In this document: in pieces, positions 37,146 through 48,793 of the stretch | Layout of the letters: each line of letters starts with the position of its first letter | Position numbering within the stretch: position 1 is the stretch's first letter | Program-made: the position numbers and the translations under genes | Notes under the pieces: model-generated | Databases searched by the model: none | The model's input: only the letters and a program-made list of their open reading frames with translations | What the model was told of the DNA's origin: nothing | Assembly (NCBI GenBank): GCA_039545335.1 | Contig: BCIN01000010.1 | Location: forward strand, 62,001 to 126,000 | Direction: 5' to 3' | DNA length: 64,000 nt | Source of the DNA: Kondoa subrosea | Taxonomy: Eukaryota

Positions 37146-38486
37146 ATGTTCCGTTCCACCCAAATGGAGATCTATACAGATCAGGAGATCTACTTCATGT
37201 ACATTCCGCTTGCCCTTTGTCTTCTGCTTGCTCAATTTCATTGCCTAGTCATCCCCCATCCAGCATAATCGAGTCAAATATGCCGCCCGAGGATGAAACT
37301 ACCGTGACTGGACACGTTCGTATCACTCTCAACAAAGCGAAAGCTCTTGCGGCTCTCACAGTCAAGCTCGAAACGTCTTACGCTTATCATGGTATGAGCA
37401 TATCTTCCGAACAATCAGGTTTGCTGCACAAGAGGTAAATGTCCGGTTGGACTCTCACCAGAACAGTGTACTGACCAAGAGATAGACATCACAAGATAGA
37501 TCTAGGAAACAAGATCTATGCAGCTGGCGAAGCACATCTTTTCTCCTTCTCTTTCACTCTGCCTTCTTCTCTTCCCGCGACTGAAAGAAGGGGCCCATCC
37601 GCAATGATCGAGACAAAAGTCGTCGTAAGTAATCTGAGCGTATAGCAGTGTACATCAGCTCATTGTGTATTAGGCGGCTTTGACCATTTCCCGACAAGTG
37701 CGAAAAACAATTACATCGGAAAAGAAAGTGGAGTGCATAATCAGTCCTCATGGACCAAATACACTACCTCAAGGACTTGAGATCACAATTGAAGAAGTCT
37801 CGCCGAATCTAGGAGTAAGTATTTGCGCTTCCCATCTGGATTTACAACTGATTACAATGTAGCCGTATCGCGTCGAGCTGGCATCCGAAAATCTACTTAT
37901 CGGCGGCTTACTCAATCTTCGACTCCTCTTTAGCGATCCTACTAAGCATTGTCAAATACAGCAAATCATGTCGCAAATTATTTCCAGTACAGATATTCCT
38001 GGAGGAATGAAAGCTTGGTTCGATCATACAGATATATTTCGTCTCAAAGATACCTTTTTATCGAATTCGCAAGTATTGAAATCCGATACAAGACTGCCTT
38101 CTTTACAACCTGGCCGTTCTTCCTCTTTTACTCTTACTTCTCGTCTACCCCTTTGTGACAAGCTCAGACCGTCAACGCACGAAGGAACAAAAACAGTCTC
38201 TCGTGCGACTCATGAACTATTAGTGACGATCCTTTATACAACTCCGGGCAAGAGTAAAGCTCAAGCTGTAACGATTCGCAAACCGATTCAATTAGCAAGC
38301 TGTAAATGTGTAACGGAAAATCTCCTCTTACCGACATATTCTCCTACTCCTGTTAAACAACTGATGGGAACGAAGTGTTTGTGCCAATCGAGCATGAGCA
38401 GTTTGGTCAGAGATTCTTTGCTTGCGAGGGACTGGGCTAGTAGACACGGACTGGCGATGCAAGCTGGCGAGCTGGTGAAGAAGTGA
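37146..38486 (+). CDS. Arrestin-N-like (ART/Ldb19-like) adaptor protein
   Basis: VTGHVRITL..LTVKL, GEAHLFSFSFTLPSSLPATE, LRPST..G, HELLVTILY, and an LPTY PY-like motif near the C-terminus. Confidence 0.6.
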
Positions 38487-38974
38487 CGAAGAGGTTTCAG
38501 CGAAGATTGTCTTTTTCGAGTGTATATAGAGTGTATATATATGAGATTATGTAATCGTACGAGCTGTGCAATGTAGCCTTTATACAAGATTTAGGACCAG
38601 GTAACGCCTTGTCGGGTGTGAGTGAATGTACCTGGCTCCTAATCATAAAGCACACTCTTCCACTGTGACACAGATCTTGAGTAATCTTGGAAGACAGATG
38701 ATTTCTGGTTGAAGCTCTTATATTGATGTTGAGATATTGATGATCGATCAATTGTTGACATGTCGTCTGGTCATGCTTTCCACTGCTGACCTTGGACAGC
38801 ATGCTTGTGCGGATAACCTCTGAGAACCGAGAGGACTTAATCGATCAGGCTAGACACACGACTGATGAGATGTCACAAGGACTTGAATGGAATCAGCACT
38901 GACCAGAAGTGTAGATACCTCTGCAAGTCACATCCCAAAATTTTGAAGCTATATGTCATATAAACATACTTCGC

Positions 38975-40480
38975 CTATTCCGGGTCGCGCGCGGTTCTGC
39001 CAGGACATTGTATCTTGTGGGTTTTCCATTCTGCCTTGGCGCACTTCGAATCGCAATAGGCTATTAAATCTGAAATCAGTAACAGGCAGTGAGACAGCAC
39101 AAAGCAGAAAAGACTTACACGCGATACCACAAAGGCCACAATACTTGAAAGCACGACCAGCGTGTTGTCTCTGTTCCTCGCTGTGCGCTGCCAGAACCAC
39201 TTTCCCACAATGCAAACAGCCCGCTCTGCTCGATGTGTTCAATTTCATTTTGTAGACATCCGTTTCCTTGTACAATCGTATTCGTTCTGTGGAGTCTGAG
39301 ATATTGGCAAGTTGGATATCGGAAGCCCGCGAAATGACTAATTTGCCATCTTTAGCGCATCCAAGTATAGTCAAAAGACTTTCATAAGTTATCAAAACGG
39401 AAGCTAAGTCGACTAGTCGGTCTACCGGTGGAGCTGGTAACCGCCCTGACGAAGCTTAGTACTATTGATAATCTTTCAGGTTCGTTGTCTTCCTCGCAAG
39501 TATAACATGAAATTGCTGTAAGGTTGACACCAGTGTATGATCGTTCTCAACCACTGTGACGCAGGATTCCGGTTGGGCATTTGCAAGAAGAAAAACGGCT
39601 GTAACATGCTCTCTCATAGCAAATTTGAAACCGAATTCGATTGTGAAAGCGTTCATTTCCTTGAGCAAGGCATGCTTGGGGTGTCTCGAAGATGATCCAC
39701 TCTTGGAACAGAGCCACTAGTCGGGAGAAGAGAGCTTTGACAGGCGATGCGGGGGCTTTGCGCATATCGCCTACGCTAGAGAGAATGTCGCAGACACCTA
39801 CATACATTCTTTTAGGAATTGTCCAGAGCGTGGCACGGGTGACAAATACCTTCAATGGGAATGCTCATTGGCATGCTCTTCTTACCATTGTTTTTTATCA
39901 AGACATCCAAAGAGCTTGATTCAGCCTCAACTTCAGCTGCAATATGACTAGCTCTTAACAGCTCAGTACGCACCTCAACAACGTAGCCGAGTGATCGCTT
40001 AGAATCTTTCTCTCCACCAGAGCTCTCAACTCTGTATCTTCCTCCCAATCAGAAGCATTGAGGTGCTCCAGGAATGCCGGCTTCATTCCATACTTGATTG
40101 ATGCTGCTGCCTCATCCATCCATTTCTTGCGACTTCTCATAGTCTCCCTCATAGACTGCTCGTCATGTTGCAGGCAGGGACACCCATTGCGCAGGATATA
40201 CTGATTTGGGAACTTGACATGCATGACTATTTTGGTAGCGACGAGCTCCGTCCAGTCCGTGTGACAGCTGCAAAGACTAACAATCGCCTTTCGCATATGC
40301 AGAAACCATATCCTCCGTTAAATCATTCGCCAGCGCTATCAATGCTGGATTGGCCTCTGTGATATTAGAGACGCCATTATTGCTGTTCCTTCCGAAGCTG
40401 TCTACTAAGCAACAATGCCGAAACGATGGACGAGGTTCTCGATGGGCTTCGCAGTCTGCTGCAGAGGATAAGTACGGTAC
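38975..40480 (-). CDS. MYND-type zinc finger protein, 5' end uncertain
   Basis: C-terminal CLHCGK...KYCGLCGIA|YCDSKCAKAEWKTHKIQC. Upstream ORF blocks at 39462-40296 are joined by GT-AG introns. Confidence 0.65.
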
Positions 40481-40959
40481 AAGAGAAACAGTTCATCGCT
40501 GTAGATGTGCATGAACATCATAGCTTACAAAAAGTCACGTGAGGAACTCAATCAAGTCAAGAATTTAGTCTTGAGCGCAGTATAGCATAAGCTTTGTCAA
40601 TCCTTGTGCTGTTTGGATACTGTAACGAGAAGCGTCGATTGCGCGCAAAAAAGCGTGAGAAGGTCAACCTGCCCTGCCTTGACGCGGCTGTACACACTAG
40701 GCTCCCAATTTAGGCCATTGACTTAATGGAACATGAGTGGATAGCAAGGAATGAGGCTGAATCCGTAGCAAAGCACCCAACAAAACATCCTGCATGGCCT
40801 TCTATGATGATTGCTGGCATAACAGCGCGCATATGCAGGTCCAGGATGATGTTGTTGCGCCCAAAGTACGAGAGTATGAAAGCGACCATGAAGCATTGTA
40901 AGCTGTAGGTGTAGTTGTCGAATGACATAAAATGATGAAGATGCATAAGTACATTAAAT

Positions 40960-41629
40960 CTACAAGCTGAACCTGTAAAGCACGGCGATATTGTATCAGC
41001 GATAGTCTGAGGTATGTAACATCCCATGACTTACGACTCTTTACAACCACATTCGCTGCTCACATTCGGATTATTGAAAACGAAGCGTTGACTGAGCCTT
41101 GTATCTTCCCAATCCATTTCACTTCCTATCACGCTGAACAACGCCTTGCTATCAATCACTACCGTCACTCCATCCTGTACTACCACTTCATCGAACCGTT
41201 CTGGCTTCTTGACGTATTCCAAATTATAAGACATGCCCGCACATCCCTTGTTCTTAACTCCTACTCTTATCAATTGAGGATTGTCGCCTACTGAAAGTGC
41301 TCGTAACCGTTCTAATGCAGTAGGTGTCTGATTCGCACAATCATCAGTATTAAACGCTTGCCACTGCATTTACTAAGAAACCGTACAAGGGTGATAGCGG
41401 CTTTCTTGAATCTCGGTGAAGTCCTTGGTTTATGCTGCGTGACTATAGGTTGTTGCAGATCCGCTGTTGTAGCTTGAGAGGTTGAAGCGACAGGTTGAAC
41501 GGAAGCCATATAAGATCGGCAATTTCTAGGAGGTGTAGGGAGAGAGCAATGCCTTTGTGCCAGTAAAGGGCTCAGCAGCGATAGCAGAGGATGTTCATGT
41601 TGCCTGTAGGCGGCTCGAAGTATTGACAT
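40960..41629 (-). CDS. ISA1: Fe-S cluster assembly A-type carrier Isa1
   Basis: AAITL|TP, IRVGVKNKGCAGMSY, VIDSKAL, GSEMDW, FVFNNPN...CGCKES|FSL*. Confidence 0.93.
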
Positions 41630-41686
41630 GGTTGAGTGTAAGAGACGGTAATTATGCGCGAATCAAATTGAATACAATTCGGGTTT

Positions 41687-43134
41687 TTACACTCTTTGAT
41701 CTGTTTCTGCTTCCGGAGGTGTACCTACTGGTCGCAGAGCTGTATCCTCTTGCTTTCCGCCCTTATCCATCTGCGCGGAGAAGGGCAGATTCGTTTCGAT
41801 CTTGGCAGATGTTGGAGGTGGACCCTGTCAAGTAAATGATTAGCTGTTCGTCACAACATGCACGAATGAGCACATACGAAAGGATCATCATCGTTCACTT
41901 CCACTTTCGCTTTCTTTGCAGCTCGTTTGTCTTCTAGTAGCGCTTCTGCTTCAGCTTGTCTCTTCTTATACCTATCTCAAACTTCAGCATCCGTAAAAGA
42001 AGAGCTCGAACACATGAGTACTCACAAAGCAGAATTAGGATCCTTTTCAGGGTTCTTGCAGTATTTCAACCTCTTATCCACATCCCTAACTCTTTCAATA
42101 TTAACACCTTGTTTCCCCTTTTCCAACAAAGGTTTGATCTCTTTAATCAACTCCCTCATATCTTGCATATTCATTCCACCTTCTTGAGTATTCAAAACCG
42201 CTTTAACGGACATCCAACTTTCAGCTAAACTTTCTTCAACAGTATGAAAAGCAGCTAAAGCTATTTGACTTGGTAAGTATAAGAATTCCAAATCTGGGTT
42301 CAATCTTGAATTTTTCAGAATCGGATCCACTTTCTTCATTAATCCTTCCAATTCTTCAGTTGTTGGTGGAAGAGGTAAAGCGTTTTGCAAGTCTAGGAAA
42401 ATACCATAAGCTGCTAAGAAGGAATGATGGACTTTGTATTGAAAGCGTAAGGATTGGGAAACTAGGAATTCGAGGGATAAGACTGCAGATGGCAAGGTGC
42501 CTTTTATCTTGGAAGCAAATTGAGCGATAGTGATGACTTGATTTTCTGTTTTCGTAGCCAGAAACAGACATGTGAGCCTGAATATATCATTTCAGCTTGC
42601 GAATACTAGATGAAAGCAAGGGTAAGACGTACATGACATTCTTCGGATGATAATCCATGCAGGTGTTTCGCAAGTAGAAACGCTTGAGATAAGTCATTGC
42701 AGTCGAAGCAACAGCATCATTGAAACCAAAAGCTTTAGCCAATTGTGGGATCTTGGTTAGGTAGAAAGTAACGAGATCCAGTTCATCTTGAACTGTCAAG
42801 TATTGGATCTCGGTAGGAAGAGATTGTTCTGTTGCAGTGGATGATTCCGCAGTAGTCTAAATACGACGAAGTATAGGCAAGAAGACAGAGAAACACCGAG
42901 ATGATCATATGAGACCTACTCGCTCTTCTTCGACTTTGGTTCGCACTCGATCTACAGCTGATTGATTCAGCTCATTTCGTAGCTGCTCGAGTTGTTGAGC
43001 CGAATATCGCCAGTTCCTGCGACAGAAGAGCGACGAATCAGCATATTGTGTTGTTCTCCAGGCTCCAAGATGACCAACCTGAATTGACTGGATTGTTCGA
43101 ACAGCGATATTGGCTGCTGCTGAGCTACAGTCAT
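41687..43134 (-). CDS. CCL1: Cyclin H (TFIIH/CAK cyclin, Ccl1/Mcs2)
   Basis: LFEQSSQF|RNWRY, YLTVQDELDLV, TAMTYLKRFYLRN..MDYHPKNVM, FLATKTEN, LEFLVSQSLRF, FLYLPSQIALAA. Confidence 0.9.
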
Positions 43135-43270
43135 CTGACTTGTTTTGATCCAGCGAGAATGCCGTGTGGCTCCAAGATCAGCGAGTACGAGCTGGAACAA
43201 GGTTGGAGAGAAACCACCGAGAACGAAGAGAGTAGATTGACCAGCATCCTCTCAAGAACACTGTATAGCA

Positions 43271-44579
43271 ATGGCAGCACCTCAGATTCACGAATTATCC
43301 TTGCAGCCGCTCACGGCGCACTCGTTCAATGGAGACAGATCATTAGGTCAGTATACCTCATCATACGGTCCATCTACTGGTCAAGCTGACGTCCGAGCAC
43401 AGTCGCCGTGTGCGAGAATACTAATGAAGCTCAAATCTACAACACTTCTACTTGGAAACTCGAGCAAACTTTGGCCGAGCATGACAAGCTCATCACTTCA
43501 ATCGACTTTGCACCTCAATCCAACAGAATAGTCACCTGCTCACAAGATCGTAACGCTTACGTCTGGAACCCAACTCAAGATGGAACTTGGAAACCTACTT
43601 TGGTCTTGTTGCGCATCAACCGTTCTGCGACTTTCGTTCGTTGGTCACCTAGCGAAACTAAATTCGCTGTTGCAAGCGGTGCGAGAACTATTGCGGTCTG
43701 CAATTATGACGAAGAGAGTGATTGGTGGGTTGCGAAACATATCAAGAAACCTTTGAGAAGTACCGTCTTGAGTCTGGATTGGCATCCGAATGGTGTACTT
43801 TTGGCTGCTGGTAGCGCGGATATGAAAGCAAGGGTCTTCTCTGCTTTCCTCAAGGGTGATGAGAAGTGAGTCGGAATACGAAAGTGTTAGCTTCCTGCTA
43901 ATCTCTTTCATCTCCAATTCACAGACCCGCTCCATCTGTTTGGGGAACTAAGCTACCATTCAATACTGTCTGTGGGGAATACTCTTCTCCTGCCGGTGGA
44001 TGGGTTCATGCTGTAGCCTTCTCTCCTTCAGGTGATTGTCTCGCTTTCGCAGGTCAGTCCAATCTATTTCGACCGCTCAACCACAACTGACCTATGATAA
44101 AAGCTCACGACTCGACTATCACTCTGGTCTACCCTTCTGGACCAGAAGCTGAACCCCAAGCACTCTACACTATCAGATCCTCTTCTTTGCCATTCATGAC
44201 CCTCACTTTCTTAACCGAATCGACCCTCATCGCAGCAGGTCACGATTGCCAACCTATTCTCTTCTCTGGTTCTGTAGATCAAGGTTGGGAACAAACTCGT
44301 TCACTAGATGATTCGAAATCTTCTACTGCTGGAACATCCAAAGTTGGTGTAGGAAGACTAAACAACGAAGCTTTCAATAGATTCAAAGCTGCCGATTCTA
44401 GAGGAGCTCCTCCTGTACCTGGTGCTAAACCAGGTAGTTTGAGTGGGAAAGAAAAGGAAACGATTCATCAGAATACTATCACTAGCGTTAGAGCTTATGA
44501 GGGACAAAGCGGGAATGTCAAGAAAGTCAGCACTAGTGGTGTGGATGGTCGCTTGGTTATTTGGACCGTGGGCCAGTGA
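43271..44579 (+). CDS. ARC40: Arp2/3 complex WD40 subunit ARPC1
   Basis: [71 protein letters not shown]. Confidence 0.95.
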
Positions 44580-44909
44580 AGAACGGATTGGGCAAGTGAA
44601 AGAACGTACAACGAATTTTGAGTCACTTGATCACAATATATATGCTTACGAATGAAGTACAACAAGGGATTCAACACAGGGTCTGAATTTCCATCTCTCA
44701 TGTGTTGTTCTGTACGTTGTGTTCATTCAGACCGGCCCGTCTACCTACTTTCCTGTTCTGAATACTAGAAAGGGCTGAATCTCCTCTACACTAGCGTAAG
44801 GTCCTCTTGTGACGAACAACCTGTTTTGTCGGACAACTTCCTGACTCGGTATCTAGCTGGCGCTTTATCTCCCTGTATCGTGTCTTAGGTAGATGTCTTG
44901 AACCAGGGG

Positions 44910-46735
44910 TCATGCTTGACCATTATTGTTTCTTGGATCCTGCGAGAAGTATTGACATATGCTTGTTTGCTACACTCGCATGAGGGCAGTGTGGGACAAA
45001 GCAGCAGAGTAACGGGACTCACCTTGAGGGGTTCCGCCCGTCTCAGAGCTGTCTGCTTGTGTGCCCGAGATTGCTGGTCCTTCTTGGGTTTCCACTTCTC
45101 TTGTTTGCTAATATGATTTGACAGGTACTTGAGAATCAGAATTTGCTGTTTCGATAGTCAACAGCGCTCTGCGAGTTATGGCCAGTGACATACATCGGGC
45201 GTAACAGGATCAAAGGGATCCGCAATACCAGTGATCATCAAGCGAAGTCCTTCTTTGCGACATAGATGCTGCACTTCGAAGACCAAGCAACGCTTGAGAT
45301 CACAGGTTTGATAGTCATCAGCCAGATACAGCCAGACCCGGATTGCATGGCGAATAATCTCAGGTTGAATATTCTCTTCCTGGTTAAAGTCGCCAAACAA
45401 TTCGAAAAAGGTAGGTGCTAAGAAGTTGCTGCCCAAGCTCGAGCTCTTGACGAAATCGCAAAGATCATGGATTAGGTCAGTATTATTATACATGTAGAAG
45501 TCTTCTTCTAATTCGTTCCAAGACTCCCAACGAACGTCCAGGCTGATTTCTAGATCTTGCCAAAGTGGCAGCTGTCCGCACCTTTTCGCTTCAATCCATC
45601 TATGCAGCCCAGCCAATTGTAGAGTTGACTGCGAGTCGCATTCGACGTATATCTTCTCTATACCAGGAGGAAGGTGCATAGAGAATATCTTTGTACTCTG
45701 GTATTCGTTCGGCTGAAACAGATTCAATTCTCTTAACGACGCGCAATTATGCAAGGGAAGGAGATATTGGTCCAGATAATACGTGGATAGCCGTAAGCGT
45801 TGAACGGAGGTGCAGAGCAGATCGAAAGCCTTTGGAAAATCTTGCGTAGTATCAATTGCACACACATCGTCTATATTGACAGTCGTAATATGTTCAAATT
45901 TTGCTTTGTCCATTGCCAAAATAGCGGGCCATTTGCCGACATATCGCTCGTTCACATAAAAATTCATGCAATCCTCCTTCTCTTCTGTGTGTCGCGCATC
46001 GACATGACCACAAGAATCGCCATGTATTTCCAATTCCGTCACAAGCTGTCCATCCCGGAGTAGTGAGGTCTCATACAGTCCTCCGGTGTCTCGTATGATG
46101 TACTCTATGACTCGTTGCTCCAGGTCGTCTTTGAGTCTATCAAGGCTTAATCAAGCAAGCCTTGATAATACCGTACTTCAGAATCACGAAGCTTGACCCA
46201 CATGTCGAGAGTGAAAAACGACAGACGAGGAAGAGGACTAGACCGAATTACGCCGTGTAGAGCTTTAATCCTGTGACAGAGAGTTGAATACGGCTGGTGA
46301 GCGTCGAGGATAAGAACATGAAGATCTTCTGGGCAGACTTCAGCTGCAATCTTGTAAGGTGAGTGTATGTCTCTGAGTACGAGAGTACGATCGCGGATCC
46401 GTTTGACTACAGAGAGCATTTCTGAATTCACCAAAGCGAGTTGCGAGAGTTGCGCAAAATAGTCGTGAGACAGATCGGCTAAAGGCACAGAGAGCTCAGG
46501 AGGCATGTATTCGAGCGCTGGGGAAGGTTAAGTCTAGACTCCGTTTTATATGTTTGGCTCGACTCACTTTCTCTGTCAAAATGCCTAAGCGACCGTGGTT
46601 TGCGCGCAGCTGCCAAAGCTATGATATACTGCCGTAGCTCTGAAGCGGCGTTTCAGCTGTGCCTTCAGACAAAGAGCTTCAAAAGTATTGACCTGCGGGT
46701 AATTGAGGATACAACAGGAACGCGTCAACAGCCAT
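44910..46735 (-). CDS. F-box-like / LRR-like protein (paralog B1) with C-terminal PIP-like motif
   Basis: Spliced N-terminus MAVDAFLLYPQLPA|ELRQYIIALA; ORFs 46147-46506 and 45176-46042. Two further phase-0 introns give QILILKYL... and QTSICQYFSQDPRNNNGQA*. Confidence 0.65.
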
Positions 46736-47285
46736 CGCTGTGAGCTTCCTTCCTGTAGTCGACGATGTACACTGCCGCGTGCTGCCAGGCAGGCGAGCCA
46801 CGGTCCACGGACTCTTCAAATAATATTCGACGCGGTTGTTTATGCTCAAGAGGATCAATTCGCAGCTAGAACTACGCTGGCAGGCAGAATTGATTGACGA
46901 GTATCTGGAAAATGGCACAATTTTCGCAAATGCCTTTAGGTAAGGTAAGCTCTAGCATAAGATTACGTAAGCATGCGTAGACGAGGAACTGGTATGATCA
47001 GAGCCGCAGCAAGGAGCCTTTCTTCGTCGTGCGGGAGCGAGTCAGGCTTGGAGCAGACCCAGAGAAGTAGCCGATGCCCTGTGTCGGTCTCCTGTCTTTT
47101 GCTCCGCCCATACAATTCGTCAACCGAAGGTCTGTTGCTGCAACTAGGCTCAGGTTGTGCAATACGAGATAGGCTCAACATGTGACCGGACACTTTCGCT
47201 GATTTAGCTTCCCTTGGAATGATAGAGGAATCCCGGTTAAATCGTAGATTGCACTGCATTCTGCGAGGGAAGATCTTCGTGAACT

Positions 47286-48624
47286 TCACTTGCTGATTTG
47301 GCTCGGCCGGCAGCACGGCGAGTGGATTCGCTCGTAGTAATCAGTGAGTCGGGTTTGCTGTTTACCATGCAATTAGCATCGCGCGCACAGACAAAAGAGT
47401 ATTCACCAACATTGGCTTCGACAGGCAGAACGAAGGGATTGCTGATGCCATGAATCTGAAGCGATACGCCGCTTATTTGCAGCCGACGTCGTAGGTAGAA
47501 GAGGAACCAGGTCTTGAATTCTTCCAGGCCCGTTGCCTCAGCGCTTGCATACCAATCCCATACAGCGTTCTCGCAGTCCGTTTCAACAGCATCAAAAAAT
47601 GCGAGCAGAGATTCCGAAGGGAATCCAACCAGATTTGCATATGTCCTGGCTTCGTCCATCCGGTCTTTGACTTCCCATTCAAATAGATTGTCATCGTCGA
47701 CGTGATCCTGCCGCCAATCCTTGCTCAAATGTATATCCAGCTTCGACCAACTTTGCGCCTTGCCTTGCTTCTTTTCCCAGACCCAGTCCAGAACTGCCAC
47801 TAGTCTCAATACAGACAACTCTTGCATTATCAAGCGTACGCTGGTTAATGATTTGGGCAGTTCATCAACTCCGATACAAGTATATCGGCTGCTGGGTAGG
47901 AAGATTATCAATTGCTGAAGTTCGGTGCATTTTCTGAGAGAGATGCGTTCATCTAGATCCGCATGACACAATTCGAGACGGAGTCAACGGGCTGAAGTTG
48001 CAACCAGAGAAATGATGCCTTGAGTATAATCATTATGCGCATCACAGCTGAGACCTCGAATATCCAAATCGGTCACAGCTGTCAGTATGTCAGGTTTAAT
48101 CAGCTCGATATCTCCCGATAAGGTTGTTTAATGGCTGCGACACAAGCGGCCAGGTCTTCGATGTTGTCTTCTATCGAGAAATGTAACTCGAGCAAGTGTT
48201 GCAGATGCCTCTTAACACGGACTGAATCTTGTGGTTCATGCGGGAAAGCGATGAGATCTGATTCTATCTGAAGTTTTATGACATGCATTGTCTGTGCGAA
48301 CTAACAAGCCTACCTGTATCATCGGCCCATTCGCGATACCAAAATTGATCAACCACAGGATAGAATTCCGGATGTATGGTGCTGAAATACAGGAGTCGCT
48401 TGTATTGAACGTCCGGCTGTATTAGAGTATACAGCATTGTAGGTGTCGAGTGCGCTGCATGACTTCGATGTAAGGTTGGGAAATTTGACCTGGAAAACAG
48501 TTGGCTCACGAGACAAGTAGTCAAAGTCGCGTATACCAGCGTCGACAGCAAAGAATAGGATGAGTTCGCGAATTTCCAAAGGCAGATTTGGAAAATAAGG
48601 AAACGATTTGCACAGAGATGCCAT
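47286..48624 (-). pseudogene. F-box-like protein (paralog B2), apparently disrupted
   Basis: N-terminus FPYFPNLPLEIRELILFFA; aligns with B1. In-frame TGA at 47984-47986 and a frame discontinuity near 48110-48140. Last exon QTRLTDYYERIHSPCCRPSQISK*. Confidence 0.55.
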
Positions 48625-48793
48625 GCCGCGTTCGCTCATGCGAAGCTAGAACTATTTGTGCGGTGACTATCCTTGAGGTCTGGTACAGATTCTACGACCT
48701 ATTCGCCGTGCAAAGGCAAAACTTCACGAATATTGAAATCCGGGGTGAGAAAGCAACAGCGACGCGAAGCTCATCCTTTGGCTATACAGAAGC

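Noticed and set aside
34550..38486. P450 as part of a secondary-metabolite cluster
   Set aside because: No PKS, NRPS or terpene synthase in the window; the neighbours are unrelated.
40710..41050. Short overlapping ORFs downstream of ISA1
   Set aside because: No homology cues; they overlap the last ISA1 intron, exon and 3' UTR.
47984..47986. In-frame TGA as selenocysteine or genetic-code reassignment
   Set aside because: The aligned residue is Arg rather than Cys, TGA is used as a normal stop by many genes here, and Dikarya lack the Sec machinery.
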